Below are positions 1-9,537 of a DNA stretch of 64,000 nt, piece by piece. Source of the DNA: a virus; IMG/VR virus record IMGVR_UViG_3300036845_000721, positions 1 to 64,000 of that record, one strand, 5' to 3'. A program made the position numbers and the translations under genes. How positions within the stretch are numbered: position 1 is the first letter of the stretch; the number at the start of each line of letters is the position of its first letter. The notes beneath the pieces were generated by a model. That model did not search any database and had not been told where the DNA came from. It saw only the letters and a list, made by a program, of their open reading frames with translations.

Positions 1-1036
1 CAACCCCGGCTGGCTGGGCGTGCTGGGCCACGGTCACGGCTACGCGGCAGGCGGCCTTGTCAGCAGCCTGTTCCCGGCATGGCCGGCGCCGTCCGGCAGC
101 TGGCAGCCCGGCCCCTGGTGGGGCGAACTGCTGACCAAGCAGGGCACCGAGACAGCCGCCTACGCCAGGGATGTTTCCGGGCTGCGGGCCGCGGCGGCGA
201 AACCGGGCAGCTGGGCGCACGCGCACCAGGCGGGCATCGCCGGGGAGATGGCTACCCTGGCCAGCCGCCAGGCCGCCGAGACAGCCGCCTACAAGGCGCT
301 CGGCGCACCCGGGGCGGTGCCCGTGACCGCCGCGCTGCGCCACCTGGCCACTGTGCTGCGAGCCGAGGGCACAACCATCCGGGACCAGGACCTGGCCACC
401 GCCCAGCCCGCCCTGGCGTCAGCCCTGTACCGCTCACTGGGGCAGCTGGCGCAGACCGCGGGGACGACGATCGCGCCGTCCGCGTCGGCCGGCATCACCC
501 CGTGGCCCGGAGGGGCGGGGTACGAGCCGCCTGGCGCGCCGGCCGGCCCGCCCCTCCCCCCGATGCCGGCCGGGACACCCGCCCTTCCCGCGGCGGCCGG
601 GGACACCCTGAAGCTGACTTACCAGCAGCTGCACGCGCTGAACCGGTCCGAGCTCACCGCGTTCGACCGGCAGCAGCTGCACCTGTGGCACGAGCTGCAC
701 CTGGAGCACCTGGCTCACCTGCGCGCGATGCAGGGGCACGCGGCCGGCGCCCTGATCGGCGGGGCCGGCGTGACCCAGCGGGAAGGCATGCTCTCGTCCA
801 TCCTGCCGACCAAGTGGTTCGACGCCGGCGGCCAGCTCGGTCCCGGTTACACCCTCGCCTACAACGGCACCGGCCGCAGCGAGACCGTCACCCCGGCCGG
901 CGGCGGGGGGATCACCGCGGGCGAGGCCGCCATCCTGGCCGAGCTGCGGGCGCTGCGCAGCGCCACTGCCCAGCAGGGCGCCGTCTTCGGCCGGGTGCTG
1001 AACGGCACCATGACCCGCGGCTACTACGGACGGTGA
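1..1036 (+). CDS. Tape measure protein, C-terminal part (5' truncated by window edge)
   Basis: Frame is open from the window start. Typical TMP tail motifs GHGHGYAAGG and WFDAGGQLGPGYTLAYNGTGRSETV; lies directly before tail genes. Confidence 0.8.
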   Translation, partial: NPGWLGVLGHGHGYAAGGLVSSLFPAWPAPSGSWQPGPWWGELLTKQGTETAAYARDVSGLRAAAAKPGSWAHAHQAGIAGEMATLASRQAAETAAYKALGAPGAVPVTAALRHLATVLRAEGTTIRDQDLATAQPALASALYRSLGQLAQTAGTTIAPSASAGITPWPGGAGYEPPGAPAGPPLPPMPAGTPALPAAAGDTLKLTYQQLHALNRSELTAFDRQQLHLWHELHLEHLAHLRAMQGHAAGALIGGAGVTQREGMLSSILPTKWFDAGGQLGPGYTLAYNGTGRSETVTPAGGGGITAGEAAILAELRALRSATAQQGAVFGRVLNGTMTRGYYGR

Positions 1037-1039
1037 CCC

Positions 1040-4000
1040 ATGCCTGACTCCCTCGTGATCGCGGACCGGTTCGAGCTGCTGGGCGGCTCCGGCGGAGTGC
1101 AGTCCGACATCCCGGAATGCCAGAACGCCGCCGGCCGGGGCGCCGTCTTCCAGCTGTACGCGCCGCAGACCAGCGGCCAGGGCTCCGGCGCGCAGGAGAC
1201 CTGGAGCCTGGGCGAGCCGCAGCCGGTCATCGACATCACCCAGACGCTGATGCTGGACGGCGAGCGGCCGTTCGGCGCCCGCGCGTCGAACCGGACGATC
1301 ACGCTGCCGCTCAAGATTACCGCGCCGGACCAGGTGACGCTGACCGCGGCCCGCGAGCTGCTGATGCAGGCGGTCGACGCGCAGACCTTCACGATGATCT
1401 ACACGCCCGCGTCCACCGGGCTGCCGGTCGTGTTCGACTGCTTCCGCGCCGAGCCGGCCAACTACGGCTACGGCTTCCTGCAGAACCAGCCGATCCCGAT
1501 CTGCAACCTCACGCTCACCTTCCAGGCGCTGCCCTACGGGCGCACCGAACCGTCGTCGCTGACCCAGGTGGCGTTCGCCTCGCCGCTGCTGGGCGGGGTC
1601 GGCGCGCCGCCCGCGCCGGTCGTGCTGGACAACTACGCCACCGTGTCCGGCACCAACTGGAGCCGGTCCACTACCCAGTTCGTCGTCGGCCCCGGCACCG
1701 CCCGGTACACCCCGCCGACCGGGCAGGTCTACCCGTGGCTGAAGGCGACCTACGCCAGGTCCGGGCTGTCGGTCAACATCACCGGGCTGCCCACGCTGTC
1801 AGTGTGGCTCGGGCAGTCCTTCGACACCGGCAACTGGGCGCCGTGGGCGCCGTTCCAGTCCAACGTCACGATGCGCTGGACGCTGACCGACAACGCCAGC
1901 CACACCATCAGCTTCTCCCGGTCGGCCGGCAACCTGCCGTGGTCGAACAACGCCAACACGCCGAAATGGACCCGGGTCTCCGCCGCCATCCCGCAGGGCA
2001 AAGCCGGATTCAACTACGGGCAGGTCACCGCCTACTCCCTCATCCTGACCAACTGGGCCGGCGGCGGAACCACCAGCTGGGTGCGGATGAACGCCTGGCT
2101 GGACGCGCTCACCGCCAACCCGCCCAGCCTGTCCAACCCGGCCAGCCAGCGCGGCGTGGTCTACAACATCATGGGCACGGCCGGCACCGCCCGCACCCCG
2201 GTATCCACCCAGTTCCAGCTGCCGCAGTCCGGGCCGGTAACCAGCGAGCTGCACGGCGCCGGCCAGTGGTGGCCGCCGGTCGGGGTCACCTCGGTGCAGG
2301 CCGAGTGCGTCGGCGCCGGCGGCGCGGGCGCAACGCGCACCACCACCGGGTTCGGCGGCGGCGGGGGCGGCGGCGAGTACGCGGCCGAGGCGGCGCTGGC
2401 CGTGGCGGCGGGCACCCCGGTGCCCTACTCGTGCGGCGCGGCCGGCAGCTCCGGCGCCAGCCAGCAGGTGACCACCTTCACCCAGCCGGGCACCGGGAAC
2501 TGGACCTGCCCGCCCGGGGTCACCACGGTCAAGGCCGAGTGCTGGGGCGGCGGCGGCCAGGGCGCGGCCGGCGGAGGCGGAGGCGCAGGCGGCAGCTATT
2601 CCGCGGAGCCGACGCTGGCGGTTACCCCCGGGAGGGTTTACCGGTTCACCGTCGGCATCGGCGGCTACAACACCCGGTGGGGCTTCGGCGCGGCCGGCAA
2701 CGGCGGGGTCACCACGTTCGCCGGCGACTCGGTGACGGTCACCGCGTCCGGCGGGAACATGCCGCGCAGCGGCGGCACGGTGGGCGGCAGTCCCGGTGCG
2801 GCCAGCGGCAACACCACGCACTTCCTGGGCGGCGCCGGCGGCACGTCACCGTCGTACGCCGGCGGCGGCGGGGGCGCGGCAGCCAGCGCCAGCGGCAACG
2901 GCACCGCGGGCAGCAACGGCGCGGGCAATACCGGCGGCGCGGGCGCGGCCGGCGCCGGGGGCGGCGGGGGCGGGGGCGGCGGCGCGAACAACCCCGGCTA
3001 CCCGGCCGCGGGCACCGCGCCCGGCGGCGGGGGCGGCGGCGGCTACGGGGCCGCCGGGAACAACGCGGGCGCGTCCGGCGGCCCCGGCCAGATCACGCTC
3101 ACCTACACCGTGGCGGCCGGCGCCCCTGTCAACGGCGCCAGCACCACGTTCGGTTCCGCGGGCACCACCGGGACCGTCGTCACCGCGCACGGCGGCGCGT
3201 CCGCCGCGCTCAACTCGGCGGCCGGCGCAGCGGGCGGGTCCGGCAGCGGCAACACCGCGCACTTCTCCGGCGGCGCCGGATCGACCGTGACGTCCGTCGG
3301 CGGGGGCGGGGGCGGCAGCGGGGGCAGCGCGTCGGCCGGCACCGCCGCGGCGGCCAACAGCGCGACCGGGGCAGTGGCCGTCACGGGCGGCGGCAAGGGC
3401 GCCAACGGGTCGGCCGTGGCCGGTACCGGCGGCGACAGCGCTTCCCCGCCAGGCGGCGGGGGCGGCGGCGGCGACAGCTCGGGCACCGCGGCGCCGGGCG
3501 GGGCAGGCGGCGCGGGCAGCATCGTGCTTACCTGGACGCCGCCGCTGGCCCCGTTCACCACGCTCATCGCGCACACCCCGGGCCGGCAGGCGCCGCCGTC
3601 GCTCAATCCCTGCGTGCCGGTCAATAACACCGCTGACACCCCCACCGGCATCGAGTACCCGGTTCCGTCGCTGGTGGCCGGCACGAACGCGATGTTCAAC
3701 GGCACCTATTCCGTCGTGCTGGTGGCCTATAACTGGGACAGCCCGGCGGTGCAGCGGACGGTCACGGTGACCGTGACCCAGTACGAGTACTACAGCGGGG
3801 CCGGCGACCCGGCTTACCAGCTGGCGGTTACCCGGACCTTCACCCCGGCCACCGACATCAGCAACGGCATCTGCATCATGGGCGAGCTCACGCTGCCGGT
3901 CAAGCTGGTCGACCCGTCCAACACCAGCTCGTTCTTCACCGTGTCGATCACCGATACCGACCAGAACGACCAGTTCCTGGACGTGCTTTTCCTCGATAGC

Positions 4001-4276
4001 CAGGGAAGCACGGTCCTGGTCAACCTGCCGCCCGGCGCCAGCAGCTACGTCAACATGTTCATTGACGAGCCGACCGCCGACCGTGACCTGGGGCTGATCC
4101 TGGGCAGCGACCTGGACCGGTCCCAGGCGGTCAGCGTGATGGACGCGGCGATCATATCCGGCTCGCCGTTCTACATCCTGCCCGGCGACAACACGTTCCT
4201 GGCCTACACCACCGCGGGCGCGCCCAACCTGGGCGTCAGCTACCTGAACCGGTGGTACCTGGAGCGGCTGGTTTAG
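1040..4276 (+). CDS. Minor tail protein: distal-tail-like N-terminus plus glycine-rich modules
   Basis: 1078 aa directly after TMP. Dit-like N-terminus (RTITLPLKITA...LTLTFQALPYG) and two W(T/W)(C/P)P.GVT.V.AEC.G.GG modules followed by poly-Gly stretches. Confidence 0.75.
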   Translation: MPDSLVIADRFELLGGSGGVQSDIPECQNAAGRGAVFQLYAPQTSGQGSGAQETWSLGEPQPVIDITQTLMLDGERPFGARASNRTITLPLKITAPDQVTLTAARELLMQAVDAQTFTMIYTPASTGLPVVFDCFRAEPANYGYGFLQNQPIPICNLTLTFQALPYGRTEPSSLTQVAFASPLLGGVGAPPAPVVLDNYATVSGTNWSRSTTQFVVGPGTARYTPPTGQVYPWLKATYARSGLSVNITGLPTLSVWLGQSFDTGNWAPWAPFQSNVTMRWTLTDNASHTISFSRSAGNLPWSNNANTPKWTRVSAAIPQGKAGFNYGQVTAYSLILTNWAGGGTTSWVRMNAWLDALTANPPSLSNPASQRGVVYNIMGTAGTARTPVSTQFQLPQSGPVTSELHGAGQWWPPVGVTSVQAECVGAGGAGATRTTTGFGGGGGGGEYAAEAALAVAAGTPVPYSCGAAGSSGASQQVTTFTQPGTGNWTCPPGVTTVKAECWGGGGQGAAGGGGGAGGSYSAEPTLAVTPGRVYRFTVGIGGYNTRWGFGAAGNGGVTTFAGDSVTVTASGGNMPRSGGTVGGSPGAASGNTTHFLGGAGGTSPSYAGGGGGAAASASGNGTAGSNGAGNTGGAGAAGAGGGGGGGGGANNPGYPAAGTAPGGGGGGGYGAAGNNAGASGGPGQITLTYTVAAGAPVNGASTTFGSAGTTGTVVTAHGGASAALNSAAGAAGGSGSGNTAHFSGGAGSTVTSVGGGGGGSGGSASAGTAAAANSATGAVAVTGGGKGANGSAVAGTGGDSASPPGGGGGGGDSSGTAAPGGAGGAGSIVLTWTPPLAPFTTLIAHTPGRQAPPSLNPCVPVNNTADTPTGIEYPVPSLVAGTNAMFNGTYSVVLVAYNWDSPAVQRTVTVTVTQYEYYSGAGDPAYQLAVTRTFTPATDISNGICIMGELTLPVKLVDPSNTSSFFTVSITDTDQNDQFLDVLFLDSQGSTVLVNLPPGASSYVNMFIDEPTADRDLGLILGSDLDRSQAVSVMDAAIISGSPFYILPGDNTFLAYTTAGAPNLGVSYLNRWYLERLV

Positions 4277-6097
4277 ATGCCCGCCAAGAACGACCCGTCC
4301 CTGGTCCCCACCGCGCTGGTCAAGGCGCTGTCGGTTGAACAGCGGCTGAACGCGCTCGTCGGCCAGGTCGGACCGCAGACGCCGACCATCGTGTACGGCA
4401 GCACGTACACGGTGCTCACCCAGTACGCCAACGGCGACTACACCTGGACCTGCCCGCCCGGGGTGACGGCGATCAAGGTGGAGTGCTGGGGCGCGGGCGC
4501 CGGGGCGGGCGGCGGCAGCGCGTCCCTCGGCGGCGAGGGCGGCGGCGGCGGCGAGTACGCGATGGAGCCGGCTCTCGCGGTCACCCCGGGCAACGTCTAC
4601 AACTACACGGTCGGCAACGGCGGGAACGGCGGCGTCACCGGGCAGCCGGGCACGGGCGGCGGCGACACGTTCTTCAACGGCGACAGCAACCAGGTGCTGG
4701 GCAACGGCGGCAGCGCGGGCGGCGGCTTCATCGGCGGGGCCGGCGGAAGCGGCAGCTTTAACACGGTCGCCTTCCCCGGCGGCAACGGCGGCGGCACCGG
4801 CAGCCAGGGAACCGGCGGCTGCGGCGGCGGCGGCGGCGCAGGCCCGGACGGCCAGGGCTGGGGCGGCGGCACGTCGGCTCCCGGCGGCTCGTTCGGCGGC
4901 GCCGGCGACAACAACGTGAGCCCCGGCATCCTCGGCGGCAGCGGAGGGGGCGGCGGGAACGCCGGCGTCAACGGCAGCAACGGGACGAACACCGGGGCCG
5001 GGGGCGGCGGCTGCGGGACGGGCGCGAACGCCACCAACAAGACCGTCAGCTACGCGGCTACCGGCAGCCGCAGCTACTACGGGTCGGATGCGAGCGGCTA
5101 CGGCGGCACCAACAACGCCGTCCGGACCACCAACTCCACGATCTACCAGGGCGGCGAGACTTCCGGCGGCGGCGGCATCAACGGCACCCAGAAGGCCATC
5201 GTCACGTTCAACCAGGGCCAGATCGCCTCCGACTTCTCCGGCTTCACCATCACGTCCTGCAAGCTGTGGCTCACCAACCAGCACTCCTGGTACAACTCCG
5301 GGATGTCAGTCGACATCGGCGGCTGGCAGGTCGGCGGCGGCGCACCGAGCTCGTGGAACGGCGCCAGCAACGTCACGCACATCACCACACAGGGCAGCGC
5401 CGAGGGCGCTCGCACCGCCTTCGGGCTCGGCGCCTTCGGGCGGAACTTCGCCGGCCAGGCCGGCCCCACGCTATACGGCATCACGCTCGGTCCCGGCCCG
5501 GCGTTCAGCCTGAACTACTACGGCTACTTCTACGGCAGCAACGGCGGCGGGAATGCCCCGGTGCTGACCATCAGCGGCCAGTCCGGCACCGGGTCGAACA
5601 CCGCGGGCGCCGGCCATGACGGCGGGATCCGGATCACTTACCTGTCCGGCAACACGATGGTCGCCGCGGTGCAGCCGGCCGCCGTCACCGACAGTGCCGG
5701 GAACCAGGCCGCGGCCGGGTACACCGGGGCGGTCCAGGCCATCCAGCCGACCTCGAACCCCGCGGTACCCGAGGGATGGCGCAACCTGGCGCTGCCCAGC
5801 GGCTGGGGCGCACGCGCTCTCAGCACCGGATGGCGCTGCAAGCGGGCCGCGGAAAACAACATCATGCTCCTCCACGTCTCGCTGACCGGCCCGGCTACCC
5901 CGCCCGCGAACGGGACGGTAATCGCAACGCTGCCAGTCGGTTACCGGCCGACGTTCGACCAGAACCTGGCGCTTATCGACAACGCCGCCGGGACACGGCC
6001 CCAGCTCTATGTCCGGGGCTCCACCGGCAACGTGGAGGCCTGGAACATGCAGGCCAACCAGCAGATCAGCGGCATCGCCACTATCGCGCTCGATTGA
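4277..6097 (+). CDS. Glycine-rich tail fibre / receptor-binding protein
   Basis: 606 aa with a third WTCPPGVT..K.ECWG module and Gly-rich repeats. C-terminus (WRNLALPSGW...IATLPVGYRP) is typical of actinophage tail fibre tips. Confidence 0.7.
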   Translation: MPAKNDPSLVPTALVKALSVEQRLNALVGQVGPQTPTIVYGSTYTVLTQYANGDYTWTCPPGVTAIKVECWGAGAGAGGGSASLGGEGGGGGEYAMEPALAVTPGNVYNYTVGNGGNGGVTGQPGTGGGDTFFNGDSNQVLGNGGSAGGGFIGGAGGSGSFNTVAFPGGNGGGTGSQGTGGCGGGGGAGPDGQGWGGGTSAPGGSFGGAGDNNVSPGILGGSGGGGGNAGVNGSNGTNTGAGGGGCGTGANATNKTVSYAATGSRSYYGSDASGYGGTNNAVRTTNSTIYQGGETSGGGGINGTQKAIVTFNQGQIASDFSGFTITSCKLWLTNQHSWYNSGMSVDIGGWQVGGGAPSSWNGASNVTHITTQGSAEGARTAFGLGAFGRNFAGQAGPTLYGITLGPGPAFSLNYYGYFYGSNGGGNAPVLTISGQSGTGSNTAGAGHDGGIRITYLSGNTMVAAVQPAAVTDSAGNQAAAGYTGAVQAIQPTSNPAVPEGWRNLALPSGWGARALSTGWRCKRAAENNIMLLHVSLTGPATPPANGTVIATLPVGYRPTFDQNLALIDNAAGTRPQLYVRGSTGNVEAWNMQANQQISGIATIALD

Positions 6098-6107
6098 GGA
6101 GGACCAG

Positions 6108-6407
6108 ATGGCTACCAATGTCCCGAACCCGGGCTCTTACCTGACCAGTATCGCCACCTACTTCACCGGGGTACGGGACAGTCTCGCGCGCCTGGCCGAC
6201 CAGCGCGCCTACATCGAGGCGATGGGCGGGCTGGAGTTCCTGACCGGGGCGGTCCCGGACGGGCTCGCCATGACCCAGGCTGACGCGTCCGCGCTGATCG
6301 CCTCGCTGGACCAGCACAACGATCTCAACACCGGCTATACCGGCGGCACCCCCGCGCCGCAGCTGGACTACAAGGACAACAGCGCGCCGTTCTGGGGCGG
6401 GATGTAA
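6108..6407 (+). CDS. Small tail-associated hypothetical protein (99 aa)
   Basis: GAGGAGG SD at 6096-6102, ATG at 6108; lies between tail genes. Confidence 0.65.
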   Translation: MATNVPNPGSYLTSIATYFTGVRDSLARLADQRAYIEAMGGLEFLTGAVPDGLAMTQADASALIASLDQHNDLNTGYTGGTPAPQLDYKDNSAPFWGGM

Positions 6408-6419
6408 GGACGCACTGCC

Positions 6420-8408
6420 GTGGCACTGGAGCAGATCAACTACAGCCAGGTGGTGACACTCGCCCCGCAGCAGCAGAGAGGGACGGTGCCCCTCCTCGGC
6501 GGCGGCCTGTCCATGCTGGCATCCTCGGCCAACCAGCACTACTCCCGGCTGCCGTACCTTATCGCGGGCTCGCTGTCGATGACGTCGCCGCTCACGCCAG
6601 GGGACGAGTTCCAGCTGTATACCGGCACCGCGCTGAAAGAGCCGACGCTGTTTTCCGTGCAGGCCGTGCTGCCGAACACGGGCGGGGTCTCCAGCACCCA
6701 GACCGTATTCGGAACGACCCCGTCGCCGCCCAATACCGGTGACGGCGCCACCACCCAGGAAACGCTGGGCATGCAGTTCCAGTCGTCGGCGGCCTCCCCG
6801 GTGCGCGCCGTCTGGTACTACGCCAGCCCCGGCGTGCCGCTGCCGTCCTCGGTAGCGCTGTACGACACGACCACGCAGGCGGCGGTGATCACCAACAGCA
6901 GCCCGGTGTGGTCCGGCGGAGCCGGGTCCGGCTGGGTGCGATGCGACCTGACCAGCTATAACGTCACCCTGGTCGCCGGCCGGCCCTACCGCATATGCGT
7001 CTTCGGGTACAACGGCGGCAACGTGTGGAACTGGTTCTACACCCAGTACTTCGGGTCCGGCGGCCCCGGGAAGAACGGGGTGACCAACGGCGTCCTGACG
7101 GCCCCGGCGGCCAGCCAGGGATGGGTGCAGCCAGGCGCCAGCATCACCTACCCGGCCTCGCAATGGCAGAACAGCAACTACTGGATCGACATCGAGGTCG
7201 GCGTCAGCAGCGCCACCGCCGGCGGCAACTGGTACATCTTCATCGAGCCGGCACCGATGGCCGTCCCGGCTGCCGGCGACACGGCGGTGACGCACCCGGA
7301 GCCGAAGACCCCGCGCTGGCTCGGATCACTCGGCCACGTGACCGGGATGACCCGCAGCTACACGTGCCCCGGCGGCCCGGACACGCTGTCGCTGCTGCTG
7401 CGGCTGCCGCCGGACCTGCGCACCGACGCGCTCGATCCCGGGCGGGTGCTGCAGGTCTGGCGCGGCGGCTCCTGCGTCTGGGAAGGAAAACTCAACGAGC
7501 CGGCGAGCTCGGGCGACGGGTGGACGGTGACCGCCCGCGGTGCCGGGCACTACGGAGACGACTTCGCGGCCATCTGGACAACATGGAACGCCGACGACGC
7601 GGTCAACAAGGCGATCAGCCGCGGGCTGCGGTGGAGCAACATCTACACCATCGGCAACCCGACCGGGATCTACCTGGCGCAGCAGCAGGACAGCGGCTCG
7701 GAGAACATCACCAGCCATATGAACCTGCTGATAACCGGCGGCGGCCTGCTGTGGACCCTGCTGCCGGGAATCGCGTCCGAGGTGCCGGCCGGGCCATGGC
7801 TGCTGCGGGTCGTGCCGTGGAAATCCGACATCAACGGGAACCCGGTCGTGACCCCGGACCGGCTGCTGGTCTGCAGCACGCCCGTGCCGCGCACCGTCGC
7901 GGCCGACATCAACACGCTGGTGCTGCGCTACCAGGTCACCGCGGACATCCCCGCCACCGCCACCAGGAACGCGATCCCGGCCACGTACGCGATCACCACC
8001 ACGTCCATCGCGGCATCGGTGGCGAAACACGGGCCGATGGAGTACTACCTGGACCTCTCCTCGGCCGGGGTCATGACGGGGACGGCGGCGCAGGCGATCG
8101 GGCAGAGCATTCTCATCCGGTACGTGCGGGCCAGTTTCGCCGGGCCGTTCACCGCCTCGCCCGGCCAGGTGCGCAACGCGGCTGGCGCGCCGGTCGATCT
8201 CGGCTGCGACCAGGCCGGGCTGGTCTACAAGGTGATCATGACCGACGCGCCGTACGGCGGCGAGGTGGCGCTGGGGCCGCTGGTGTTCATGTCCGGCGCC
8301 TACTCCTACGACGAGGACACCGCGACCGCCACGATCACCCCGTTCCAGCAGGCGCGCACCGACATGGCCAGCCTGATCAGCGCGCTCTACCCGAACAAGT
8401 TCGGCTGA
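6420..8408 (+). CDS. Minor tail / baseplate hub protein with DUF4082-like domain
   Basis: TLGMQFQS...VWYY...SGW...NYWIDIEV resembles DUF4082. C-terminal half (VTGMTRSYTCPGGPDTLS...VWEGKLNEP) resembles actinophage hub/Tal proteins. Confidence 0.65.
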   Translation: MALEQINYSQVVTLAPQQQRGTVPLLGGGLSMLASSANQHYSRLPYLIAGSLSMTSPLTPGDEFQLYTGTALKEPTLFSVQAVLPNTGGVSSTQTVFGTTPSPPNTGDGATTQETLGMQFQSSAASPVRAVWYYASPGVPLPSSVALYDTTTQAAVITNSSPVWSGGAGSGWVRCDLTSYNVTLVAGRPYRICVFGYNGGNVWNWFYTQYFGSGGPGKNGVTNGVLTAPAASQGWVQPGASITYPASQWQNSNYWIDIEVGVSSATAGGNWYIFIEPAPMAVPAAGDTAVTHPEPKTPRWLGSLGHVTGMTRSYTCPGGPDTLSLLLRLPPDLRTDALDPGRVLQVWRGGSCVWEGKLNEPASSGDGWTVTARGAGHYGDDFAAIWTTWNADDAVNKAISRGLRWSNIYTIGNPTGIYLAQQQDSGSENITSHMNLLITGGGLLWTLLPGIASEVPAGPWLLRVVPWKSDINGNPVVTPDRLLVCSTPVPRTVAADINTLVLRYQVTADIPATATRNAIPATYAITTTSIAASVAKHGPMEYYLDLSSAGVMTGTAAQAIGQSILIRYVRASFAGPFTASPGQVRNAAGAPVDLGCDQAGLVYKVIMTDAPYGGEVALGPLVFMSGAYSYDEDTATATITPFQQARTDMASLISALYPNKFG

Positions 8409-8453
8409 GCCCGCGAGGTCTAAGGTGAGCAGTGACGGCGGGAGGAGGACGCG

Positions 8454-8636
8454 ATGGACCTGGAGGAAGGGCAGCGGCGCGGTTTCGGGATACCGGACCG
8501 CTCGCCGGAAATCCCGGAGGACGAGCGGGTAGAGCCCTGGGGCTGGCACAGCAAGATAGCGCCGAGGCATATCCGGCGCCGGCTGCGCCTGTACCGGGAG
8601 TTCCTGGAAAGACTGGGCGACCATGGCGATCAATGA
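8454..8636 (+). CDS. Hypothetical protein (60 aa)
   Basis: GGAGGAGG SD; overlaps the start of the endolysin; no TM segment. Confidence 0.5.
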   Translation: MDLEEGQRRGFGIPDRSPEIPEDERVEPWGWHSKIAPRHIRRRLRLYREFLERLGDHGDQ

Positions 8637-9501
8637 GCTGTGGATCCCGTCACCGCACTATTCGACCGGGCGCAGCGGCTACAACAAGATCGTGTTCCAT
8701 ACCACCCAGGGCGCGATGAAGATCCGGGACCTGGGGTCATGGTTCCAGAATCCGTCCGCGCAGTGCTCATCGCACCACGGGGCCGACGGCTACGAGCGCG
8801 GGGTATTCGGCGCGTACGTCTATGAGAACTACAGCGCCTGGACGCAGGGCAACGCGAACGGCTACTGCCTGTCAATTGAGCTGTGCGGCTACGCGGAATG
8901 GTCGCGCAGCGAATGGCTTGATAACCGGCCGGTCCTGGTCGACAACGCGGCCGAATGGCTGCGGTACATGGTCGACAAGTACGGCATTCCCTGGACCCTG
9001 CTCAGCGACTCCCAGGCGCAGAATGCAAGTGTTCGCGGAATCTGCCAGCACGTCAATCTCGGCTCATGGGGCAGCGGGCACTGGGACTGCGGCTCCGGCT
9101 TCCCGATCGACGTCATTGTCGACAAGGCCAAGAAATGGGGCGGCGGCGGCGGAACTGCACCACCCCAACCGGAACCGGTCTACCTGGAGGATGACATGCC
9201 GGTAATCCCGCCCAACGACGTAAACGACCGGCAGATCGCGATCTGCGTGGCCGGGCCGCACAAGGACCTCGGCTTCTGCGTCGACGCCGCGGTCCTGTCC
9301 GGGCCGGTGCAGCTCCGGTGCGCGTTCCACATCATCAACGGCGGCTGGAAAGTCATCGAGGTCACCATCAACCCGGGCAACATCCGCCCGGTCGTCTGCC
9401 CCCGGGACGGCAGCAACAACAAGATGTCGTGGGACGGCCTCAGCATCGACCGGAGGGACAACATGCCGGTCGACATCTGGCCGGTTCTCGTTCCCGGGTA
9501 G
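8623..9501 (+). CDS. Endolysin, N-acetylmuramoyl-L-alanine amidase (Amidase_2-type) with C-terminal putative cell-wall-binding domain
   Basis: IVFHTTQG, SSHHGAD, AWTQGNAN..LSIELCG, QH...HWDCGSGFP zinc-amidase motifs; Gly/Pro linker; ~100-aa C-terminal domain. Confidence 0.85.
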   Translation: MAINELWIPSPHYSTGRSGYNKIVFHTTQGAMKIRDLGSWFQNPSAQCSSHHGADGYERGVFGAYVYENYSAWTQGNANGYCLSIELCGYAEWSRSEWLDNRPVLVDNAAEWLRYMVDKYGIPWTLLSDSQAQNASVRGICQHVNLGSWGSGHWDCGSGFPIDVIVDKAKKWGGGGGTAPPQPEPVYLEDDMPVIPPNDVNDRQIAICVAGPHKDLGFCVDAAVLSGPVQLRCAFHIINGGWKVIEVTINPGNIRPVVCPRDGSNNKMSWDGLSIDRRDNMPVDIWPVLVPG

Positions 9502-9537
9502 GGGTCAAACGGCGTTTCGTCGCTTACCATCGGGAAC

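Noticed and set aside
2300-5100. Collagen-like tail fibre
   Set aside because: The Gly runs are GGGG/GGxG type, not sustained Gly-X-Y triplets.
2846-5284. Long opposite-strand or alternate-frame ORFs (also 1117-3627, 14826-16616, 31640-34324, 33894-35660, 41323-43452, 59218-60903)
   Set aside because: Shadow ORFs expected in very GC-rich DNA: they overlap well-supported genes and have Arg/Ala/Pro-rich composition with no motifs.
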